Of a stretch of 64,000 nt of DNA, positions 48,941 to 64,000 are shown one piece after another. This DNA comes from Lama guanicoe (lineage: Eukaryota). Within the stretch, counting starts at the first letter, position 1, and every line of letters starts with the position of its first letter. The notes beneath the pieces were generated by a model. The model made no database searches, was not told where the DNA came from, and was given only the letters and a program-made list of their open reading frames with translations. Where the stretch lies: the NCBI GenBank assembly GCA_013239625.1, contig MU055549.1, positions 1,116,001 through 1,180,000 of the forward strand, written 5' to 3'. The translations under genes and the position numbers were made by a program.

Positions 48941-51613
48941 CTGCCCTGCTTCTCCCTCCTCATCTCTCTCCGTCTGTCTGTCTGTCTGCCTCTCTCCCTG
49001 CTGCCTGCACATAAGGCCTCACCTGCCCTTCGAGGCCCCATGTGCCTGGCCTCTGCCCGCCTCCCAGCTTCTTCACCTCACCCTCCCAGGTGATAACCCT
49101 AAGGATGCCCACGCCCGGGGCGCCCGGGGGGTGCCCGTGCCAGTGAGGGCTTCACCGCCATGAAGCCCTCCAGTCCCCACCCCTTCCACGAGGCTGGAGC
49201 TCTTGTCAGCTGGTCCGCGGGCGAGCCAACTGAGGGTCTCTGAGGAGGCAGCTGGGCCGAACAACGCGCACAGGGCCCTGCGGGGTGGGGGAGTGGGGCT
49301 ACGACACTGTGGGGCCTCCGGCCCGCAGTCCTCACACCGCAGTGCGTGGGCCCCAGCCACGCAAGCAACGCGGCCCCCGTGCTGTGACCCAGCAGCCACA
49401 GCACAGACCTCACTTTCCACCCCCGAGAACAGAGCCGTTTGACCTGGGGTACGTCTAAAGCTGTTCCTCAGGAGCTCTCATAGACACCATCTTTGAAAAA
49501 TTCAAATTCTCCCCATCTTCCCATCAAAAATGTAACCTCTTCAGAAACGAATGCTTCCTCCTCTTCAGGCAAAATGACTATGGAGACTCCCTCCGGCGGA
49601 GCAGACCTTTTAGGGAGAGGCGGAGGGGGCTGCGGCCCTCACTGCGTTCTACCGTTCCTGACAACCACAGGATGAACTGCCCCGGCCGTCAGAGCCTGCC
49701 ACATCAGCCGCTGCTCCTCAGAGCAAAGATAAGCTGCAGCTTTAAAACAAAGGCAGCGAAGCGCGGGGCTTGGAGCTAACACCACAGTGGCTTCACCACA
49801 AGCCTGGTGGCAGGACGTGGAGGTGACAGGGCCTTCCCTACGAGTGAGCGTGAGCATCAGGCCGCCTGGAGGACATCTCTGTGCGCACGGCCTCCCCCAG
49901 CCTTCACCCTCGTCCCCGTGCTCACAGCGGCCCTGCAGCCCCTCAGCCCCACAGGGACCCCCCTCAAAACCCAGCTGTGGTGCTTGTGCTCACAGACAGG
50001 GGCTGTGTGAAGCCCAGCAGGTTCCCACAGGCCTGCCCCCCGCTCCCTGGGCATCCCAAGGCCGGTAGGTGCCCCGCTCCTGCACCAGGTTTTGTGAATG
50101 GCAGAAAAAATGGCTAATTGTCCAGCAGGAAGTGCAGGTTTAAATATGGAGTGAAGAAAACCAGGGTGGGACAGCAAACATGCAGCTTTCCTGTCGGAAT
50201 TGGGGGAAGGGGGCCCCCGACGCATCTCTCACGGAGGGGGGCAGTCATCACCATCATTGCACAGGGAGGGGACCCAGAACCACCCAGGGGCCCCCAACAG
50301 CATCCCAGGGCGCTGTGCGCAGGAGCCTCGCTGCCTCGTAGGGCGATGTGTCCTGTGGTGCAGGTGCGTGTGTGTGCTCGTGTGTCCGTGCGTGTCATAA
50401 AGCCGTCTCTCTGAGCTCATCTGCGGGGACCCATCTTTTCTGCACGGTGTCCTACCGTAAATGCCCGTTCCTGAGGCTGCCAGCCGAGCAATGCCTGGGT
50501 CCTGCGGTGATGCTGTCCCCGCCCTGCTCCAGGCCAGGATGCAGGAGCAGAGCACAGAGGACATCGGCATGGGGGGCTCGGAGCTGCGCAGCTGCCCCTG
50601 CGCACTGCGAGCAGGCACCCCACCCGGCACCTGAGAGGACTGGAAACATAGATCTGGGCACAGATTTCCGGGAAGGCCCATCAGAGCTGACTCAGCTCTC
50701 TCTCCGAGGCCACCTCCTGTGTGGTTGTTTCTGCAGGTGTCAGGCAGCCAGCACTGCCACCGGGCAGAGGCAGCACCCCAGCCCCAGGAAGCCCACCATA
50801 AACTCCAGCAGAGCCCCCTACTGGCCTTGCGGGGCCCTGATGGGACAGCAAACATCAAGCTGCCACCTCCCTGCTGGGCGGTCCCAGCTGCCATGGCACA
50901 AGCCCACAGTGCACACAGGCTTATCCTCCCTACATCTCTGGGGGGCGGGGATTAACTCTATTTACTGGGTGACCCAGTCATTGACCTCAGGCTGCCCGCC
51001 TGGGCCACAGGACAGCTTCCCCTGACCCAGCGCCACGTCGCGCTCCACAGTCGGGGGCAGAGACACACATAGCCAGGAAGGGCTGTCCAGCTGGGTGACG
51101 CAGGTTCCCGGATGTGACCCACTGCTGGGAGAGAAGTGTGGGCTGTGCCCCTGCAGGAACCCCTCCAGCCGGGAGCCTCTCCCGTGCTCACCTGGGGGGC
51201 AGGGGGCTTAAAGGCAATCCTGGATCTGGCGTCACCGCCTTGAAACAGGAAGGCTGCTTGAGGCTCAAACGAACTTCAGTGAGGACTGACTTCCAGGGAT
51301 GGAGATTAGGTCTCAGGGTTCACCCCAAGGCCGACATCCCTCCAGGCTGGAGGTGGGGAAGCAGTTTCCCACGGGGCAAGCATACAAAGGACTCGTGCAA
51401 CTTGCTGGGCTCGGTGCAGACGGGCAGAAGCAGGAGCCCCTGGCGGGACGGCGTTCTGATCGACACAGCTGTGTTCGCTTCATTCGTAAATGCAGCGTTT
51501 CAATGAATCCCGTCTTCTCAGCTCATTTCAAACACCCAGCTGGTTTCTGTGCACGTGCCTGCATTCCTGGGCCCAGGGCTGCTGACGGAGCAGCAAGGTG
51601 TCCTCGGAACTCA

Positions 51614-51895
<282 letters not shown>

Positions 51896-51898
51896 TCA

Positions 51899-52138
<240 letters not shown>

Positions 52139-52834
52139 CTACCCTTCCTCTGGGAGGGGAGGGCGCAGCCCTCGCGGGGAGTGGGTCTGGGCCGGCGTCA
52201 TGGGCCCGTGGGCCAGCATGCAGGCCAGGGCCAGGCCTCACCCCACACCCCTGCCTGGTGTCCAAGGAGTCTGCCCCCCGCCCTTCCCCAGGGAGAGGAG
52301 GGACGCTAGGTGCGGTGCAGCGGGAGCAGATGCACTGAGACCTCTGCCCCATGCAGTGAGGGTGGCCTGTGCTCCCAAAGTCCCGACCCCTGAACTCTGC
52401 GGGAACACCCCCTCCACGTCCTGTGGAGGCCCATGGGAGGAGGCGCTGACAGCTGGCCTACCAAGCAGGCTCTGGCTACCAAGGAGGGACCAGGAGCAGA
52501 CGGGCGGCACAGGGAGCAGAGGGTGGGAGCCCAGGTGGGCTGGGCAGCCCCCAGAGGAGGGTCCTGGCAGGTCAAAGAGAATGCTGAAGTTTCACAGACC
52601 TACCACAGCTCCCAGCCTCTGAGGGGAACCGAGGCAGAGCTGGCCTTGGGGAGAGGTCTGGCTGAATCTGACACTTGCAAACATGTATGGTGGGTGGGGT
52701 GCTGTCTGCCCTGTGCGTGTGCCAGACCTCCCAAGGCGGGCAGGATCGGGGGACACCCTGACCCGGCAGCCCCTCCCACAAAGGGACACCTGCAGGGAGC
52801 CCAGCCCTCCCTGAGAGCATCCAGTCCCTGTTAC

Positions 52835-52900
52835 CTTTTCCGCCAAGGTCAGGACTGTCCTGGCTTGTATGACGACCACTTGCTCCTCATTGGTCAGATT
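52835..52900 (-). CDS. JAKMIP3: JAKMIP3 exon (NLTNEEQVVVIQ...LAEK)
   Basis: tgcag|AAT ... AAG|gtaaca, 66 nt. Confidence 0.94.
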
Positions 52901-55247
52901 CTGCACCCAAAAGCAGAGTACACGTATAGTCAGGGGAAGTGCCTTCGGGGGTGGTGGGGCTGAACGATGGGTGAAAAGTGGGGCTGATGGGACAGGTGCA
53001 GGAGGGCAGGGTCACAGCTAAGTGTCGCTTTCACTAAAGGCCCTCCCGGGAGTCCTTTATCCTCTGTGCCCACGCCCTGCTGGCTGGGGCGGGTGGGGGG
53101 GGAGGTGTGAACTCTCCATCTGCTCCCTCCTGTCCCCTACGCTGCTGGTGACCAGGGTCCAAGTCCGCAGAGCAGGGCCCTAGGGTGGCAGAAGGAGCAG
53201 GCAGGCTTCCTCTCTCTGACTCTGTCAGGATCTTTATTTAAAGCCAGCTCTGCAAGCAGCCTGAATTACTGAAACACAGCTTATGAATGTGGAGCGAAGA
53301 TCAAACGCTCACAGTATGAAATGACTGCCTTCCCTGCTGTTCCGCCTTTTTCTGCATGTTTTATTCATGCCTCCTCCCAGAGAGCCCACCTGGGCAGTCC
53401 TTCTAGGCAGAATGACTCTGGCTTTGGAGCCAGGGGGCAGCCTCAGAGGATGTGCCACCTGCATCAGCACCAGGGTGGGGGCTGGGCTGCCCCCACTGCT
53501 GGGTCCCAAGTTGTGGGACAGCCGGGAGTGGGGTGGGGGCAGCAGAGATTGGGGCAGTGAGGAGCCCGCTGGGAATTCTGAGCTGAGAGCGGCCCCCACA
53601 CCCCAGAACTTCTCCGATTCAAGGCCATCTGCTCAGAAAGCCCTGCCTGCCTCTCTCCCTCTGATGTCAGAGCTCCCCAAGGGCAGGGGTCTCTCATCGT
53701 CCCCTACTCCGGCAGCAGTCAGCACAGGGTGGGGGCTGGCGGCCCTGCTGCCAGCACAGAGGCCAGCTCTGCCCTCAGGCATGCTGCACCTGGCCTTGGT
53801 GCGGTGGTGGGGCGGCTGCCCCTCATACCTCTTCCTCCTGGGAGAACTAGCCAGGCCATCGGCTCCCTCCTCCCAGGGCAGGGCTGGGTCTGATGGGTCG
53901 GGTGGGGAGTGGGGGATGCTGAGCAAGGGGCTTCAGGGTGGCGGAGGGAAGACCTGGACGTGGTTGGACAGGGCAGAAGGGCCTGCGCGGCCCCGCCTGG
54001 GGAGCAGCCAGCTGGGCCCTTGCTACTCCCTCCCGGAGGGGACGGTGGCCTTGGCCACGTGCTGCCTACTCCACCCTCGCAGTCCCTGCTCCCTCCTCCT
54101 TCCCTGGGTGACCCTCTGCAGGCCAGGATAGCAGTGGTGAGCACGCTGCTCACCAGAAAGGACGGGGGTCCACCCTGCCCCCCACCAGCCTCTGTGCTCC
54201 ACTCCAAGGGCCCTGAGCCCTGAGGAAGCCGAGGTCTGGGGTTCAGGTGCCCCATGGCCAGCTGGGCAGCTGCAGCCTTCTCCAGAGCCTTCTCTGGAGA
54301 GAGTGGCCACAGCATTGGTGTGTCCTGGCTGAGAAGGTGATGCGGCCAGATTGTCCCTGTCACCCGCTAGGCGTGTGTCTGTGTGTTCAGCAGTGATCAT
54401 GTGATCACACCTGAAGGGTCACCCCAACAACCTTCCAGGAGCCGCCAAGGGTCTCCACAGGGCACCTGTGCGTAAAACTGGCAGTGTGCCCTCCAGCCCC
54501 CACCCGCCTCTGTCCCAGGGCTCTGAGGCCGCGTGATGGCTCCGGGGCGGGCCCTCCCGCCGGCGCTCTGGGGTTGGCAGTGATGGGGCTGGGGAGGAGC
54601 CCTGAACAGGACGAGGCCGACCTGGATCCTCCTAGCCAGCCACGACGGCAGCTCTGGGGCCCTGGGCGGGTGCCCTCCGGAGCCTCAGTCTTTCCAGCTG
54701 TGAACTGAAAGTTAACTAATATGGTGCCCAAGAGCTCATGAAGGAAGCTGATACTCAGGAGACCCCAGGGTGTCGTGACGACAGCCACCTCTGCTGTGGA
54801 CCAGCGCAGCTGCTAAGGGCCACTGAACTGGAGCAAGGGGTCTGACCGCGGGGATCCAGCCAGGAGAGCCTCCCTGCGGGGTGCTCTCCCCTCCTGCTCC
54901 CTCCTCACTGCTTCCCAAGGAAAGGGCAGGCGAGGAGAGGAAGGGTTCCTGTCACCTCGAGGCTGCTGGGAGAACAGCTGGCCCCAAGGGTGCGCAGGAG
55001 CACCTGGGTGGTGAGTGAGTGAGCGTGTGAGTGTCTGCATGCATTATACTCTCCACCTATGCATAAAGTGCACTGATCTGACTTAGTGCCTTGATCTCTC
55101 TTGAGAGCAGTGACCAGGAGGGGGAGCTCATCCCGCAGACCATGTACTTGGTAGTATAACTGGAGGGGAAAAGTTCTGGGGTGTGGACTGGGGCCACCTT
55201 CCAGCATAGTTGATCCCCCCTCAACGGGCAGGGGCTCAACAAACACA

Positions 55248-55375
55248 GGATGATGGATGGAGGGTGAATGGAGCATGGACAGAGGCAGATAGAGAGAGAA
55301 TGGGGCATGGGGGATGGGTGGGTGAATGGATGGATGGATAGACGGATGGAAAGATAGACAAGACAGATGGAGGGT
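55248..55375. repeat. (GGAT)n-like simple repeat
   Basis: ggatgatggatgg...gaatggatggatggatagacggatgg. Confidence 0.8.
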
Positions 55376-55887
55376 GGCATGAAGCGGTGCAGCCACTCAG
55401 TAACTACTATTCTTTTGAAGAGTTTGCAGTAGAAATTGGAACACTGCCATAAATGAGATTTGGGGATTATTTATAGTCTGTCCTTCCTCCAAAACTAAGT
55501 GGGAACCGCTGAGTCTGGGGTGTCTAAGACCCTCTAAGGACCCACAGCCCCACCCCTCCCAAAGGTATGGAAGAGCTTAAAGACTGACAGCGATTCCAGA
55601 AACTGAGAACACAGGGCCAGAAGCATCTCTGCTGGAAGAATCGGCTGTGGGAACAGAAGCTACAAACTCCTGTGCTTCCAGGACGGGCAGAGGAACAATG
55701 TGAGAAAGAGCAGAATTCCTCCCAAATGCCAGGGGGCCCACCCCTAGCAGCTCTGGCAGCGGGAGGGTGCAGGTAGGGCAGGGTGGCTGGTGGCCAGACC
55801 ACAGTGGGACTCACAGGGGCCCCTGGACCGCGGAGGGTGGTCGGCATGAGGAGGCATGCACAAGTCAGGAGAGCAACCTACACTTAC

Positions 55888-55941
55888 GGCGTTATCCCCC
55901 AGAATGTCCAGCTTCTTCATCAGCTCCGTGACCAGGATGTC
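55888..55941 (-). CDS. JAKMIP3: JAKMIP3 exon (DILVTELMKKLDILGDNA)
   Basis: tctag|GAC ... GCC|gtaagt, with an alternative donor 6 nt further on. Confidence 0.93.
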
Positions 55942-55944
55942 CTA

Positions 55945-56151
<207 letters not shown>

Positions 56152-56941
56152 CTAGGACAGAGAGTGGAAGGCTGGGCACGCGGGCGCCCCCTCCCCCCTG
56201 GGAGGGCCGTGCTGGGGCCGTCCAGGGAGCACGGTGAACACAGAGAGGACACCGAACATGGTCAACATGGTGTTTGTGAAAACGGAGCCCCGGCTGCCCC
56301 AGCAGCGACTGAACCCTCCTTGGACCTGCCCAGTGGATGGTCCTATGCTGATGCTGACGTGAGCAGTGAGCTTCCAGCCCAGATGGGCCCTGGGGACCCC
56401 GCTCTGTGCCCCGCGCCTGCCAAGAGGCTGAGTAGCCCCCACCCCAGTGCCGAGGTGCTCCTCCGTCATGGGTCCCAGGAGGCTGGAGGCTCAGGAAACA
56501 GTGTCCCCCATGGGTCTGACCTCAGTGAGCCCTGAGGACAGAGGACAGTGGCTGCGGCTGCACCGTCCTCACCCAGGACCATATGCAGGAGCCCCGGGGG
56601 TGGCCATTCCGTGTATGTGGAGTGGCCATGCAGCTTTCCTGCCACCCCAGGGAGGTGGACAGGAGGGCCCCCAGGGGCAGCTCCATCTGGACTCAACCCG
56701 CTTCCTCCACGGGCAAGTGGGGGCCCAGTTCCCGCACTTTAGGTATGCGAGGACGCCAGGAAACCAGACGGGTGGCGATGCTGGTGCCAGAACACACCAA
56801 GCCAAGCTGGGTCGCAGTGTCATAGGAGAGGGTGTTCATTCTTGCCATCGAGGGTCTTGACCACCTCGTGACCAGGTGCCCTGAGGGACCAGGACGGAGA
56901 GGGAGGCCCGGAGCTGTTTGCAGACACCCCTGTTTTGTTCA

Positions 56942-57289
<348 letters not shown>

Positions 57290-57644
57290 TCAGCTCAGAG
57301 CCCTCACTCCAGTCTGAGCTGCATGGGGCTGTCCTAGTGAGACTGGGTCGGGTGGGGGATGCAGGCGCTGTGGGAAGGGAGCCCTGAAGCTGAGGAAGCA
57401 GCCCTGAGCCTGCCCAGCTGTCTGAGCAAAGATGGGGAAGCCAAGGGGCCCACGGTGGGCAGAGGCCAGGACAGTGCTCCTTAGAACCCAGGCTGGTCCA
57501 GGGCCTGAGAACACTGTGTCTGATGCAGCTGGGGGCTGGGTCTGCCTGCGGCGCTGTGTGTCACTCTGCATAGCTGGGCCCCTAGGAAGCACCCACAGGC
57601 CATGAATGTGACCCTGTGGCCACCGTGCCAGAGAAATGCACAGG

Positions 57645-58025
57645 CTTTAAGTGTGCACTTGAGTGTTTAAGTGTGCGAACAAGGGCTTATGTGCACACAC
57701 GAGCATTTTAGTGTGCCCATAAGTTTATGTGTGCCTGTGTTATGTGTACAGGTGAGCATTTAAGTGGCACGTGAGTGTGTAAGTGTTCGTGTGTGCTTGG
57801 GAAGGTTTAAGTGTGCATGTGTTCAAGGGCATATGCAAGAGTTTGCATGTGTGCATGAGGATTTAAGTCTGCCCATGTGTTTATGTGCACATGTGAGTGT
57901 TTAATCGTGCATGTGAACATTTATATGTGCACTCAAGTATTGGCATGTGTGTGTGTGCATTTAAGTGTGGGAGGGAGTGTTTTGTGTGCACATGAGCATT
58001 TGTGTGCAAGGGTGTTTGTGTGCAC
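57645..58025. repeat. Degenerate TG-rich repeat (tttaagtgtgc units)
   Basis: Recurrent tttaagtgtgc and atgtgtgc motifs. Confidence 0.75.
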
Positions 58026-58430
58026 CACGGAGACAGCTGTGCTGATTTAAGATTTGTGTGGGGGCCCACGGGAAGCGTGCAGGTGTTGCTCACCACTGAA
58101 GGTGTGAACAGCACCCCAAGCATGGCCCTGTGTGGGCCTGACAGCTCCAGGTGGGGCAGGTCCGGCCCTTGGCCCCAGGGCCTGGAGTGGAGCCGCTGGT
58201 CTGTGCAGGCGCAGGGGCTGCAGCCAGCCTGGCTCCTCTTTGGAAAGGCTGTGCCCCTGAGCCATCCCCCAGGAATGAGAAGCACAGACGGCCCAGCTGG
58301 GGGCCGTGGGGAGCCTCTGCCCAAGCCCCAGCACCCTGCGTCGAGGGGCCCCGCACATCCCTGAGTGCGGAGGAACCCCTGCTTTTCTCAGGAAGCAGCC
58401 AGACTCCGGGATGGCCTGGGGCGGGCGTAC

Positions 58431-58493
58431 CTTCTCGATGAGCTCTTGGTTTCTCCGGTACAACGCCTGCTTCTCTTCAATCCACTTCATATC
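58431..58493 (-). CDS. JAKMIP3: JAKMIP3 exon (DMKWIEEK...ELIEK)
   Basis: tttcaag|GAT ... AAG|gtacgc, 63 nt. Confidence 0.93.
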
Positions 58494-59825
58494 CTTGAAA
58501 AGGGGACAGAATTGGAGACATAAATGCACTGAGGGGTAAAATGCGACACCAACATTCAGATCACCTTTCGGCGCAACAGAGGACTTGCTGGAAGAACTCC
58601 ACACCCCGCTTCCGGAGGGACCACTGAGTCGCGGCTTCCGTCTTGCAGCAGTGAAAACCTAGGATTTCACTCGTTTTCTCGGAGGGTCCCAGATAGAGGT
58701 GGACAGCCCCCCAGGCTCGTGCTAGCCCAGGCCAGGTGCCTGTGTGGACGTCACAGGTCCGGGGACCCCAACACGCAGCCAGGGGGCTCAGGCGGGTGGG
58801 GAGGGGGCAGGTGACCACTTCCCACTCAGGGTGCGTGGATGGCGGCAGGCTTCGAGCTCTGGTGGGAAGTGTGTGGGTGCCCCGCTGAGCCTGCCTCCGG
58901 GTCAGGCCTTGGTGGAAGTCCAGTGTCCCCAGGCACCTGCTTCCAGATCGAAGCCCTGGTTCTCCCTCCACCACTGGCATTCTGTCACAAAGTAAGGTGT
59001 CTCAGACACTGAACTTGGTCCCAAGTGTCTTCTCAGGCAAGTCATCTGGGAAGTTCTTTCCCAGTTTGAAAGACTGGTTTTTGCAATGAAAGGAACCGGC
59101 TCCCTCTTCCTCGTCCTGCTTCCCTGCCGCCTGGGCTGCTCTTCTTCCTCGGGACGAACAGTGCAGTGGCGACATCAGACAGGCCCGGAATTTCCCCTCC
59201 GAGTCCGGGTCTGTGGAGGCCGCGTGCACACCGCACCAGACCCTGCGGCTTGGCGGCGGGGGCGGGGGGGGGGGTGCAGGCCAGTCCTGTGTGTTCCAGG
59301 TGAACGGGCTGCAGGTGCCTCAGCACTGAATCCGGGGCTTCTCCTGTCTATCTGTCCAGCTGTCCACCTAGCAGTCTGCACACCAGGACCTCTGTGGCTC
59401 CGCTCTGCACTTTCCGACCAGGCCCTCTCAACCTCCCGGATGTCCTCCAGCTGCGTCCTGGGCCCACCTGGAGCTGTGCTGTCCAGCAGGTTGGGGGGGT
59501 ACTCAGGCCCCATGGATGGAGGCCCTCCCCCAGGATTTGAGGAACCCAGAGGAGGACGGGGGGTGAGGAGAGTGACCGACAAACTCCTGAGACCTGAAAT
59601 CTTGTCCCTGCGCTGGGAGGACTGGCAGGACCTTGGATCAAGCCCAGAGGGGCTGGGAACAGGGACAGTCAGGTGCGCTCCTGCCCCGTGGGAGGCTTGC
59701 CGAGGGACTCCTTTCAATACACATTCCTTCAGGTTTTAATTCTTTTGCTGAGGTGTGCTGTTTGTACAGTGAAGGGAGCCAGGATGTTGGCTTCCATGTG
59801 CAGAGAACAGTTTGACCTGCATTCA

Positions 59826-60011
<186 letters not shown>

Positions 60012-60840
60012 TCAAATTTTCTCTAAAAGCTGGGACACACCGCTCTGACGGCGGCTTTCGGAGGGCTGTCTGCCTTTTGGTTCAGCCCGTGGAGAAGCGG
60101 CTGCTCTGCAGGGAGTGCTCTGCGATAAAGCCAGAATGCTGAAACATGTGACCTCCTTAGACTACAGGGACAATCTATAGGTTCATTTGGAGAGATTATT
60201 AGGGACAACCGTCGTCCACAGGATGAACAAGGATGACTGAACTGCTGGGTGCTGGCCAGAGGGGCTTGCTTTGGTCTCCCAACAGTGACCGCAGCTCGCA
60301 GCCAGGCCCCTGAGCGACCTGGCCGCACAGCCCGCAGGCACCTTCCCTCCCTGCACAGCATCTCTGCATCTCCTTTCCCGCTTTTGCATTCACCGTGTCC
60401 CCAGAGCCTGTCCCTCGTTTAGACCAGCCTTGGCACCCTGCTGCATGGAAGCCCCCCGCCCAGCACCACCTGGCTTCTAGGGGGTCCCAGCCGCCCTCCC
60501 GGAGTTGATTTGCTCTCACGGGGTCCAAGCCGCAGGTGCTCCTGCTCCCCCAGGAACAGCTCCCAGGGCAAACAGAAGAGAGTGTTTGGGCCAGCAGGGC
60601 TCAGGGTGTGGGGGTGCCCCAATTCGGGGAGGGCAGGGCTCCCCCCACTGGCCCTGGGCCCACCTGCAGCCCCTTCCCAATCAGTGCCCGTCCGCCACCC
60701 TGGTGAGCATCCCCGGCCGGCTGAGGGCAGGAGAGTAGGGCTGGGCCAGAGGGCGCACGGCTCGCGTGTCCCTGCCGAGGCCGGGGTCAAGCGGGGGGAG
60801 CCCAGCGGGAGCCGGAGCGTCGTGGCGTGGAAGTCAGTTA

Positions 60841-61071
<231 letters not shown>

Positions 61072-61693
61072 TCACAGGCCAGTGGCCAAAGCCAGCGTCT
61101 CTGTTGGAGCCCACCTGCCAGCCAGGCTACCCTGACCTGGGGACCCTCCATCCCTGACCAGGCTCTCTGGAGGCTCCACTCTGCCCACATGGGTCGGGAA
61201 GGTGAGCTGGTCCCTGTGAAAGGCTTAAAGCTGGGGGTGGACACACTTCCTCCCCGCCCCACCTCACTTGTCAGGCTCCCTTCCCGCACAGGGACCCCCA
61301 AGGCCTCCCCCTGGCTGTGACGACACCTGCTGCCCAGGGAGAAGGCGGGGGGCTGCTGGCTGTCAGAGCAGCTGAGGGGGCTGCTGCTCAGAGGAGAGCA
61401 AGCCATGTCCAGGAGTGACCAAGGGGTAGCCCTGCCCTGGCCCCAGCTCCCCGGCCCTGTCCTTCCTGGCAGCAGGGGTGCTACCACATCTTGGGTCACC
61501 AGACAGGCCCTGCCAGGGCCTCTGCGTGCCCCTGGGCCTGGTCAGGGCCATGGACCATCGGCCCCTCCTTATCCTCCACCCACGGAGGCTGGGCCAGTGT
61601 CCTTCTGGAAGCAGGGACTAGGGGTGGGACACCCACCTCTCCAACCAGACGCACCACTTGGCTGCACCCTTGGCACTGGTGCCGGCCCCCCTA

Positions 61694-62200
<507 letters not shown>

Positions 62201-63858
62201 TCACCGCCCCGGGGTGCTGCCCTAACCGGGAGGTCTGCGGAGGGCGAGGTGGAGAGGGGGAGGGCACGTCCTGCGTTCCCTGGGGCAGGCCCCAAGGGTC
62301 CGTCCTGCAGGGATGGGAAGGCTCGGGGTGGACGCGCAGCACAGGCCCAGCCTGCAGCGCTTCACGCTTTTCTAGTAATTCATTTTTGCTGTGTTTAGGA
62401 AAGGGTCAGTCCTTGACAGATTGGAATAAAAATAAAAACAAGCAAAAGCAAGTCCTTCACCAGCTAGTCTGAGAGGCCCTGCCCGGGGGGCACCGCGAGC
62501 CCAGGGGACACCTCCAAGGCTCCCCTCTGCCTCCGGCGACCCCAGGCCCCTCCTCAGCTCCTCCCCTGGCCCCCCTCTGCCGCTCTCCCCGTCTCCCCTC
62601 ACTCCGCTGCCTTCCAAAGCCTTAGGTTTCCTCACCTAGTTTTAGTGATAGCACAGGACGCAGGCTCCACCTCCTCTCAGTCATGCTCAGGGCCCCTCCC
62701 TTCCCCTGGCAACTCCGTGAGTCTGCCTCCAGGTCTCCCTGCTGGTTGCTGAGCCAGAACCTTCCAGCGAAACTCCTCCCTGGGCTTCCCAGGACCCCCT
62801 GCTGCCCCACAGACCGCAGCTGGTGTTCCCCATCCCAGTGCCCGGCTGCACAGCAGAGGGGACCCAGGGTTGTCTGACCCCTCCCCAGACATCCCACGCC
62901 CCCAGCCTCCCCTGCTCCCCGTGACAGCCTGCTGGAGTGCAGAGGGTACTTGTGCCGACCGCCTGCCGAGAAGAGCCCTGGCCTCTCCCCACCGTGCTGC
63001 CCTGGACCTCCAACCCCTCTCCAGCCATCTCCACTGAAACGTCCAGAAAATGGGCAAACTTAGCAAGCGCAGACCCAGCCCTCCTGTCACCTCTGGTCTG
63101 GGACCGCCCAGCCTGCGGCCGCACCAGCCGGCCAGCCTCCCCCGTCACCCGTGCCTGACCACTGCTCTCTCCACATCCCCCCCGTCTGTCTCCCCGACTC
63201 CCCCCCGAGCTCCAAGCCCAGAGGTCAGGCTGCCTCCTGGCCCTCCTCCTACCGCAACCCTGTCGGGCCCCTTGGCGTTCCAGCTCGTCCACGCTCACCG
63301 GCCACCGCGGCCGGCCGGAGTGCACCGTGACCGAGGCTCCAGGCCTCCTGGGCCAACATCCGGTCCTGGGTCCCCGAGCCCGTCCTGCTCACTGGTGGCT
63401 CCTGCCCCTTGTCCCCACTCTCCTGGCTTCTGCCTCCCCCCATCTCAGGGAAGCGCCCGGACATCGGGGCTCCTCCAGCCGCTGGCCCACTCTTAGAACT
63501 GGGCTGTCGGGCCTCAGACAATCTCTAACACCCTCAGTAATCCTGAAGAACAAGGCCCAACAGCCTCCTCCCACGGCCGCCTCAGGGGCCAGACTAGCCC
63601 GTATCTGTGCTTAAGGAATACTGACCAGCCTGTGCGAGGACCACCAAAACCAGACAGAAACCCCACACGCTTCCCACAAAGCAGGACGCGAGCTAGGTCC
63701 CCGGTCTCCTTTAACAGAAACACCGCTTTACCAAAAAGGGCTGTGTTGCAAAGAGACCACCGCAGGCCTTCACTTTCCCGGGGGTCGCTGGGGAGGCACT
63801 GCCCCGCAGGAGCGGCCAGGACGCTGGGGAGGCCGGGGGTCCGCAGCTAACGCCTCAT

Positions 63859-63997
63859 ATTTTTTAATTTGATTCTTTTTGGAGGGGGAGGCCATGAGGT
63901 CTATTTATTTATTTATCATTAGCTTTTTTTTTGAGTGGAGGTACTGGGGATTGAACCCAGGACCTCGTGCGCGCCAAGCGTGAGCTGTGCCTCCCCC
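63859..63997 (-). mobile_element. tRNA-derived SINE (camelid vic-1-like), antisense
   Basis: ggaggtactggggattgaacccaggacctcgtgc...ctcccc, preceded by a T-rich tail; same family as the copy at 37776. Confidence 0.85.
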
Positions 63998-64000
63998 ACG

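Overview
GC-rich mammalian genomic DNA, probably camelid judging from two vic-1-like tRNA-derived SINEs. It holds the STK32C - DPYSL4 - JAKMIP3 block, syntenic to distal human 10q26.3. Present are the last 9 coding exons of STK32C (+, 1591-10122), the complete 14-exon DPYSL4/CRMP3 gene (-, 26955-12912, 572 aa) and the last 13 coding exons plus a spliced 3' region of JAKMIP3/NECC2 (-, ~62095 to ~29490). Introns carry L1, L2, MIR, MLT, MER58 and SINE relics and several tandem repeats. Almost all supplied ORFs are GC-rich noise, and there is no prokaryotic-type system. The best leads are four. (1) An intact upstream alternative first exon of DPYSL4 encodes a CRMP 'A/long'-type N-terminus (28348-28049). 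(2) The Phe/Leu transmembrane codons of a JAKMIP3 exon also form a polypyrimidine tract ending in an internal AG, giving a frame switch between membrane-anchored and soluble isoforms. (3) One JAKMIP3 exon appears to have lost its consensus donor. (4) A ~187-bp direct duplication brackets two in-frame STK32C exons. Exon numbers and orthologue or paralogue comparisons are from memory, not from a search.
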